A stretch of DNA of 64,000 nucleotides from Eledone cirrhosa. Lineage: Eukaryota. Positions 56,132-64,000 of this stretch are shown here, piece after piece. The stretch's first letter is position 1. Every line of letters begins with the position of its first letter. The position numbers and the translations under genes were made by a program. The stretch spans positions 22,134,001 to 22,198,000 of the forward strand of contig OZ024742.1 of assembly GCA_964016885.1 (NCBI GenBank), given 5' to 3'. Under the pieces are notes generated by a model. That model saw only the letters and a list, made by a program, of their open reading frames with translations. It searched no databases and had not been told where the DNA came from.

Positions 56132-59004
56132 GTGTGCAAGAAGCCCTCCATCTTCCTCCCGAAGATCCCCAAAAAGCGATTAAAGCCCAAATCGCTGTCC
56201 CTTGATCACTCATTCAAAGTTATTTTAACCAATGCTTGCTCTCTTCTGTACAAACTTGATGATCTCCATTCCGTTATTGCAGACGAGAAGGCAGACCTGA
56301 TAGTCATAACCGAAACCTGGTTAAATTCAGAAGTCAAAGATGCAGAGATTCACATTCCTGACTTTACTACATTCCGATGTGATAGATCTCAAAGAAAACG
56401 TGGGGGAGTTATTGTTTATGCAAGATCATCGCTCAAACCATCCCGTCAACCTCTAGCACCGAAACACCGTACTTTTGGAGAACTTTGATGCTGTTCTTTG
56501 CAGTCTTAATGTGGGTGGAGAAACTATTCCCGTTCTTTCCATCTATCGCAGTCCTAGTTCTACAACAGATGAAGATCAGAGTCTCATTAATGCAATGAAA
56601 GCTGTCTCAAGATGTCCAAATGACTGTCTTATACTCGGGGATTTTAATGCCCCGACTATAGACTGCAACTCAAATATGTCCAACAATAACTTCAACCAAC
56701 TATTGCTCAATACGACAGAGGAATGTTTCATCTGCCAGCATGTTACAAAACCGACAAGGGCTCGAAGTGGTCAACGACCGTCGTTACTAGACCTTATCTT
56801 CTCCTGTTATCCTAGATCCGTATCGTCTTTGCAAGTTCTGTCTCCACTTGGGAAAATTGATCATGCAGTACTGAGCTTTAGCATGCATACTTTGCTTGCA
56901 CCGCCTCCTGTTTCGAATCAGCTGAGAAGAATATTTGCTGCTATGAATCATGATCTTATCAAAATGGCTTCCGCCGAGATAAATTGGCGCAGTCTAACTG
57001 AAAATCAGTCTGTTGAAACTTTGTGGCGAGAAATAAAGGAAATTCTACTTGGGCTAACAGAATGGCAGTGCCGCTGAGAACGCCAAAACGCAAGAAACAC
57101 AAACCCTGGATAACAAAGACAATTATCCGCGAACGGAAGTTAAGAAACGCTGCTTGGGGGGCACTATCAAGAGACTATGTTTGCTGTGGCATTTGAAGTC
57201 TACAGAAAGCAGCGAATTCATGTTGAGCATATTTCCAGAATTGGAAGGCAAAATTATGAAAGGGAACTTGCAAATGATGCCGGTCGTAATCCAGAGCGCT
57301 TTTACACTCACGTGCAGAGAAATAAAAAACTGAATAACCAAATTGTCACTCTCCGAAACCCCGAAGGTGCAGTTATTGAACACGCTGACCAACAAGCTTC
57401 TCTTTTTGCCGATGTTTTCGCAAATATCTTCAAAGAGGACGATGGCAGAGAACCTCCAAATCTAAACATGATCGCCCCACCCATGCAGCCAACCACCGTC
57501 AGACCGGACGAGGTGGAAAAGTTGCTTTTGTCCTTAGATGTCAATAAGGGGCATGGTCGAGACGGTCTACATCCAGCGATTTTGGGTACAGTTGCACCCA
57601 ACCTTGCTAAACCTCTAGCCACACTATTCAACCTATCATTGACCTACCGGAGTTGTTCTTGCCGACTGGAAAGTAGCTACAATTTGCCCTATCTTTAAAA
57701 AAGGCGACAAAGAAGACCCGGGGAACTACAGACCCGTGAGCCCCACCTCAATTGTCTGTAAAGCCTTGGAATCTCTAATCAAGCGGGCAATTATGACTCA
57801 TCTTGCGTCTTTCACTGCCATCTCTCCATCTCAACATGGTTTCATCCCGAAACGTTCCTGTGTCACAAACCTACTCATGATGGAAGAATGGGTGACGAGG
57901 ATAGTGTACGATGGAGATGCGGCCGATATTATCTTTCTTGACTTCGCCAAAGCCTTTGACTCTGTCAACCACCGCCTGCTCCTGTATAAGCTCAGCAACT
58001 ATGGTCTCCATGATTCGATTATAAAGTGGATTGGATCATTTCTGGAGGGTCGTACTTGCAGAGTTTGGATCAATGGCAGTCTGTCATCGGGGGTGGGTGT
58101 AGGCAGCGGCGTTCCCCAGGGTTCTGTGTTGGGTCCAATTCTCTTCCTTCTATACATCAACGACATGCCGGACGTGATTCGTGGAAACGTGCTCCTATTT
58201 GCAGATGATGTGAAAATGGTAGCCTGTAGGAGCGAGATCGATAATCTCAAGTTCAGCCTCCAGCACGCCTGGAGTTGGTCCATTGACTGGGATTTATACC
58301 TCAATGTCAATAAGTGTTGCCATATGGCAGTGGGTACACCTTATAACTCAGCTCTTACCTTCAATGGTGGCACTGCTCCTTTGAAGGAGGTTGAGGATAC
58401 TAAAGATCTTGGTCTGCTGGTCAACTTGTTCTTCAAACCATCACAACATTGCATTCAAGCCGTAAACAAGGCAAGGAGCTCTCTTTTTCTTATCCGACGC
58501 TCCTTTGCCAAACTCACTCCAGACATTTTCAGGCCTCTCTATGTTGCCCTCGTGAGACCACACCTAGAATATGGCATCTAAGCATCAAACTCATATCTCA
58601 TCCGGGATATCCATCACTTGGAAAAAGTTCAACGACTAGCGACTCGAATGGTACAGGGACTTCATGAGCTGCCCTACGAAAGCCGGCTGCAGAAGCTGAA
58701 CCTCTTCTCCTTGGAGCATCGATGGCTACGAGGCGATCTCATTTTGGCTTACAATCTCTTCAATGGCCATTACAATCTCCCTCAAGATCTCCTATTCACT
58801 CCGACACTTGAAAGGGGTCTACCTGGACATGACAAAAAGCTGTTCCACCGCCACTTTCGCCTAAATAGATGGAAAGCTGCTTTCTTGATCCGGATCTCTG
58901 GACCCTGGAATCGGCTTCCAGAAGAAGTAGTCAACGCGTCAACCACGCAACAATTCAAGGCAAAATTGAACCGGTGTTGGACCACTGTGTTTCCGACTGT
59001 GTAA
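56132..59004 (+). pseudogene. CR1 ORF2 (APE endonuclease plus reverse transcriptase), disrupted
   Basis: IVITETWL, RCDR..RGGV, IYRSPS, ILGDFN, LLDLIF; SQHGF, FLDFAKAFDSVNH, GVPQGSVLGP, LFADD, RPHLEY; frameshifts near 56475, 57070 and 57650 and a stop at 58579. Confidence 0.93.
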
Positions 59005-59109
59005 ATTTTGCCCTCCTTATATGGCATCTGAAGCATCTATGTTTTATTTTCTGCCAAATATATTGAATTGAATTGAATTGAAAAAAAAAATATATATATA
59101 TATATATAT

Positions 59110-59491
59110 AAGTAAATATCTTTAAGTCGTTAGGAAGCCTCGACAATGCAAATGGGTAAATCTCCGGGTAACAAGATCCGGTGGTGGAGAGAGAGGTGTA
59201 AGTGGGTGTACGTTGAGATGAGTGGTGTGTATGAGATGTGTAGAAGAATGAAGGAAAGAGTATAAAGGATAAAATAAAAATAACAACACGAGAGAGAGTT
59301 ACCTTGGGAGAGATTTAATAGTCCCTATATATTTCGGATTGACATTCATCAACTGGGGGTTTTTCCGGGGTGGGGAAAGGTTGTCTGTCGGACAGGTGCG
59401 AAACGCGTCCTCCGCTGTTTGTTGTTTTGTTATCCGGAGATTTACCCATTTGCATTGTCGAGGCTTCCAAACGACTTAAAGATATTTACTT
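59110..59491. repeat. Inverted repeat, ~65-bp arms (59110-59175 / 59427-59491); probable PLE-end relic
   Basis: aagtaaatatctttaagtcgt..aatctccgg versus ccggagattt..acgacttaaagatatttactt; hammerhead half-motifs in the spacer (GAAACGCGTC at 59400). Confidence 0.8.
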
Positions 59492-59537
59492 ATTATTCCA
59501 CAATGCTTCAAGCAAACTTCAATACTCTCATATATAT

Positions 59538-62204
59538 CATCATCATCATCATCATCATCACCGTTTTACGTCCGTTCCTCCACGCTAGCATGGGTTAGAC
59601 GGGTTGTCCTGTTGTGGACAGTGTCTGGTCGGCTGACCATGCCTTGCTCATACAGGAACAGATTTGGCTTGGTTTCTACAGCTGGATGCCCTTCCTAACA
59701 CCAACCTCATTTACAGTGAGTGCTGGGTACTTTTTTCCGTGGCACCTACACGTCCACTTTACAGTGTGGGCTGGGTGCTTTTTTTCCGTGGCACCTCCAC
59801 GACCACCTTGCGGGGGGGGGGGGGCATATTGTCTATATGCTTAAGCTTGTACCCATGGGGAGGTCGGGTACTCTGTATTACTGCGTGACGCCAGAAGTCA
59901 CGGTCGTGTGTCATTGTCTTTGAGAGGTGTAATTGGGTAAGGTCGGCTTTTATCACCTCATCCCAGGTCATCTTGGGTCTCCCCACTCCGCGGTTTCCAT
60001 CAACTTCTAGTGCTCTGCACCTTTTTATGCAGCTATCATTCTTCATACGCATCACATGTCCATACCAGCGTAACCGCCTCTCCTGCACACAGCATTTGAT
60101 TCCTCTTATGCTCAGTCTCTCTCTCAATTCATTTATGCTTTGTCGTTCACGTATATTACTGTTACACATCCATTGGAGCATGCAGGCTTCGTTTCTCTCT
60201 AATCTACGTAAGTCTTCCACCTTCAGCGCCCAGGTCTCGCTACCATGCAACATCACTGTTCGGATAGACGCATCATACAGTCTGCCTTTCATTCTGAGGG
60301 AGAAGCCTTTTGCAGCTAGCAGTGGCAGTAGTTCCCTAAACTTCTTCCATCCCGTTCTTACCCTAGTTATTGCACTTTCTGAACACCCACCTCCGTTGCT
60401 AATTTGGTCACCTAGGTAGCAGAAGCTGTCAACTGTTTCTACAGGGCCCTCCCAGAGATTGGTGGTACTTGTTTCCTGTGGCTGTTTGCTGTTTGCTGTC
60501 TCAGCACAGCTGCTGCATGTGAATCCTACATTCTTAATTAAGCTTCCTGAGATCCCGCTACATCTCTTGTGTACCCATTGTTTGCATTTGGAGCAGAGAA
60601 TGGAGTTCCTACCTACACCTTTCCTACATACTGAGCAAGGCCATTTCCCTGAGGGGATCTGGGTTCTGTTTTCTCGTCTACTTACAAGGACCCTAGTCTT
60701 TGTCATGTTGATTTTGAGACCCTTTCTTTCTAGTCCCTGCTTCCAGGTTTGGAATTTATTCTCTAGTTCTACCATAGATTCAGCTATGAGTGCGAGGTCA
60801 TCAGCATACAGGAGTTCCCATGGGCATCCGGTCTTAAACTCCTCCGTTATTGCCTGCAGGACTATGATGAACAGGAGAGGGCTAAGAACAGAGCCCTGGT
60901 GGACCCCAACCTGTACGCTAAATTCCTCGCTATACTCATTGCTAATCCTAACTTTGCTGACTGCTCCCCTATACATGGCTTGTACCGCTTTCACAAGCCA
61001 TTCATCTACTCCTAGTTTTCTAAGAGCCCACCAGATTACAGCGCGTGGAACTCTGTCAAAGGCTTTCTCAAGGTCAACAAATGCCAAGTAGAGTGGCTTA
61101 CTTTTAGCTAGGTACTTTTCCTGTAATTGCCTCACAAGGAAGAGGGCATCAGTGGTGCCTCTTCCTGGTACAAACCCAAATTGCATCTCGTCTATTTTCA
61201 CCCGGTCCCTAATCAGCTGTGCTATAACTCTTTCTGTTACTTTCATGACCTGGTCCATCAGCTTCATACCTCTATAGTTTCCTCTATCTAGTGCATCGCC
61301 TTTACCTTTGTAGCAGTTGACAATGATGCTACTGCACCAATCTTTTGGTATGGCCCCTTCTAGTATTACCTGGTTAACGATACGTGTGGTTATAGTGTGA
61401 CCTACAGACCCAGATGCCTTCAGCATCTCAGCAGCTATACCCGATGGACCGGTTGCCTTCCCCATCTTCATATCTCTGATTGCCTTACTTACTACGCTGC
61501 CGCTGACTTGTACTGCTGGTCCCTCTATAGGGTCTACTTGGGGCAGGGTCTCTTCTTCCCATGCATTCTCCTCATTTAGTAATCTATCATAATGACTCTT
61601 CCATGCATCTTTCTTCTCAGCACTTGTGAGGGCAAGCTCACCTTTATCATTCCGGATACACTTCTCTCCAATGACATCACAACTATCTCTGACACACTGC
61701 CTCGCAATCTTGAATACCTCCTCTTTCTGGTCCTCACGTTGTAAAACATGCTTGAATTTTCTATCCTCTGCTTCCCTCCTAGCTAAGTATACTTGTCGCC
61801 TAGCTTCCCTCTTGGTCTCTATGTAATGTACCCTGCTCCCCCGTTCTTCCATTCTTTCCATGCCTGTCTCTTGGCCTTGACTGCTTCATCTACATTATTG
61901 TTCCACCACCAAGTCACTCTCCTCCTGCTTGAGGTCTTACTCCAGCCACAGACCTCGTCCGTCGCCTCTAGTCAATTATTTTTTAGGAACTCCCAGTTCT
62001 CTTCTACGTTAAATGTCTTTATCTGTTCTTCTTTACTGTCGTAGGCGTTGAGTAAAATATCTTTAAATCTGTTACTGGTTGAGGGGACTTTCAGCTTCCA
62101 GATCTTTCTTCTCCAGGTTGGCCTCTGTTTCAGGGCTCGTCTAGTTCTGACCGTGAGGTCGCTGACAACTAAGCTATGTTGGGATGTACATTCCTCACTA
62201 GGGA
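59538..62204 (-). mobile_element. RTE LINE, 5'-truncated at the end of the APE domain
   Basis: PSEECTSQHSLVVSDL (APE end) and VTWWWN linker with a stop and a frameshift upstream of 61860; full RT; 3' UTR hairpin and (GAT)n. Confidence 0.95.
59759..61861 (-). CDS. RTE reverse transcriptase (700-aa open frame) with an embedded C4HC3 PHD-like finger
   Basis: NYRGMKL, MQFGF, FVDLEKAFDRVP, VHQGSVLSP, LLYADD, CSVC..CSKC..HKRC..CSSC, FCYLG and [11 protein letters not shown]. Confidence 0.9.
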   Translation of the reverse strand: MERMEERGSRVHYIETKREARRQVYLARREAEDRKFKHVLQREDQKEEVFKIARQCVRDSCDVIGEKCIRNDKGELALTSAEKKDAWKSHYDRLLNEENAWEEETLPQVDPIEGPAVQVSGSVVSKAIRDMKMGKATGPSGIAAEMLKASGSVGHTITTRIVNQVILEGAIPKDWCSSIIVNCYKGKGDALDRGNYRGMKLMDQVMKVTERVIAQLIRDRVKIDEMQFGFVPGRGTTDALFLVRQLQEKYLAKSKPLYLAFVDLEKAFDRVPRAVIWWALRKLGVDEWLVKAVQAMYRGAVSKVRISNEYSEEFSVQVGVHQGSVLSPLLFIIVLQAITEEFKTGCPWELLYADDLALIAESMVELENKFQTWKQGLERKGLKINMTKTRVLVSRRENRTQIPSGKWPCSVCRKGVGRNSILCSKCKQWVHKRCSGISGSLIKNVGFTCSSCAETANSKQPQETSTTNLWEGPVETVDSFCYLGDQISNGGGCSESAITRVRTGWKKFRELLPLLAAKGFSLRMKGRLYDASIRTVMLHGSETWALKVEDLRRLERNEACMLQWMCNSNIRERQSINELRERLSIRGIKCCVQERRLRWYGHVMRMKNDSCIKRCRALEVDGNRGVGRPKMTWDEVIKADLTQLHLSKTMTHDRDFWRHAVIQSTRPPHGYKLKHIDNMPPPPRKVVVEVPRKKSTQPTL

Positions 62205-62243
62205 ATATATATATATATATTTATATATATATATATACATTTA

Positions 62244-62274
<31 letters not shown>

Positions 62275-62281
<7 letters not shown>

Positions 62282-62415
62282 CGATATTAATAAATGGAAA
62301 CTATATTTATAAAACCATATTTATTTCATTATACATATTTCAAAGATACCTGAAATATGTATAATGAAATAAATATGGTTTTATAAATATAGTTTCCATT
62401 TATTAATATCGTATA
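62275..62415. repeat. Perfect hairpin, ~65-bp arms, 8-nt loop; probable PLE-end relic
   Basis: acgatattaataaatgg..catatttca aagatacc tgaaatatg..ccatttattaatatcgt. Confidence 0.9.
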
Positions 62416-62509
62416 TCTACTCCAAAAATGTGTCGAGTGCTTTATATCAGTTATAAAAATATTTACTTGTTGTATCCCAACAACTTTAAATAGAACTTTT
62501 GCATATATA

Positions 62510-63152
<643 letters not shown>

Positions 63153-63361
63153 CATTCATACACCAAGCCAAAACTCGGTTCAGTATTAACATGACATGAC
63201 CACCTGAGCTAGCAGGGTTCACAACAAGATAACTTGTCTAATCCATGCCAGCATGGAAAAATAGATGTTAAATGGTGATGGTGATGATACACACACACAC
63301 ACACACACATACATATATATATATCCAGGGAGTGTAACTCGTTTTTCCATTACCATTGTAA

Positions 63362-63453
63362 GGGGTCTGACGAGCCACAGCGCATATTACAGAGTCGGGA
63401 TAGATCGATACAGATCTAACCTTGAGGTGATCAGTGGCGAAACGCGCATCACC
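63362..63453 (+). ncRNA. Degenerate hammerhead ribozyme relic
   Basis: CTGACGA-GCCAC..(55 nt)..GTGGC-GAAAC GC GCA TCACC, then AATAAA; triplet mutated and stem I mismatched. Confidence 0.5.
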
Positions 63454-63544
63454 AACCAATAAATGTAATGAAGGAGTAACCACTCATCCTTGTTATTTTA
63501 TTTCACTACAGATATATATATATATCATCATACTGGTTTCATTA

Positions 63545-63975
63545 TCATCATCATCAATTTATATCTGCTTTTCAAGCTGGGAACATACTAGTCTCTGATA
63601 ACTCTTTACATTTACTCTTTGTGTTGCAGGTCCTGTACAGGAGGAGGAAGGGTCTTTTATATTATGGTATGTCACCAGTCAACTTGGTCTTGTGTCATAT
63701 CATTTGTAAGGTTTAATTTGTTGAAATAATTCTTTACAGTTTTGTCCCATGTCTTCCTAGTTCTTCGCTTTTCCCACAGATCCAATACCAACTATTTTAA
63801 ATGTTCAGCACTCTTTAACACAATTCTCGCCATTGCTCTCCTTACTCATCACATGACCATGACTCTTTAGTTATCTATCTTGTTCACTAGATTCAGTTCT
63901 TCCTATATTCAGGTTTTTCTCTCAGCTCACTTGAGCTGATCTGTAGCTAATGTACATTAACTCCCATGTTACCAC
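63545..63975 (-). mobile_element. Highly degenerate RTE fragment
   Basis: Minus strand ..GHVM..RKTWDKTVK..LNLTNDMTQDQVDW. Confidence 0.6.
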
Positions 63976-64000
63976 AGACTTGACTAGGGTTTAGCAATCA

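Larger units (their letters stand above)
55001..59089 (+). mobile_element. Near full-length CR1-clade LINE (ORF1 plus ORF2), decayed
   Basis: ORF1 remnant followed by an APE-RT ORF2; short 3' UTR ending in (ATTGA)3 and an A-run. Confidence 0.92.

Overview
Repeat-saturated, AT-rich animal non-coding DNA with no recognisable host gene. The SINE families and microsatellite load suggest an octopus or other cephalopod (inference). The window holds a complete but defective Buster-type hAT transposon (TIRs plus 8-bp TSD), four large and several small RTE LINE copies with their partner tRNA-derived SINE, and a second tRNA SINE family. It also holds two CR1-group LINEs, Tx1 and CRE remnants, a non-autonomous Helitron, piggyBac and mariner MITEs, a 53x40-bp minisatellite and very long (TA)n, (CA)n and (GAT)n tracts, which generate nearly all the low-complexity ORFs. 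The main hidden structure is a population of Penelope-like (PLE) retroelement ends, mostly within or beside (TA)n or (TG)n tracts. They occur as head-to-head fold-back palindromes with arms of about 40 bp to 2 kb, one encoding a GIY-YIG endonuclease. They carry type I hammerhead ribozyme motifs: about nine well-formed and several degenerate ones, including U3-A8 core variants and long stem II forms. All structures were read by eye; no search or folding program was run.
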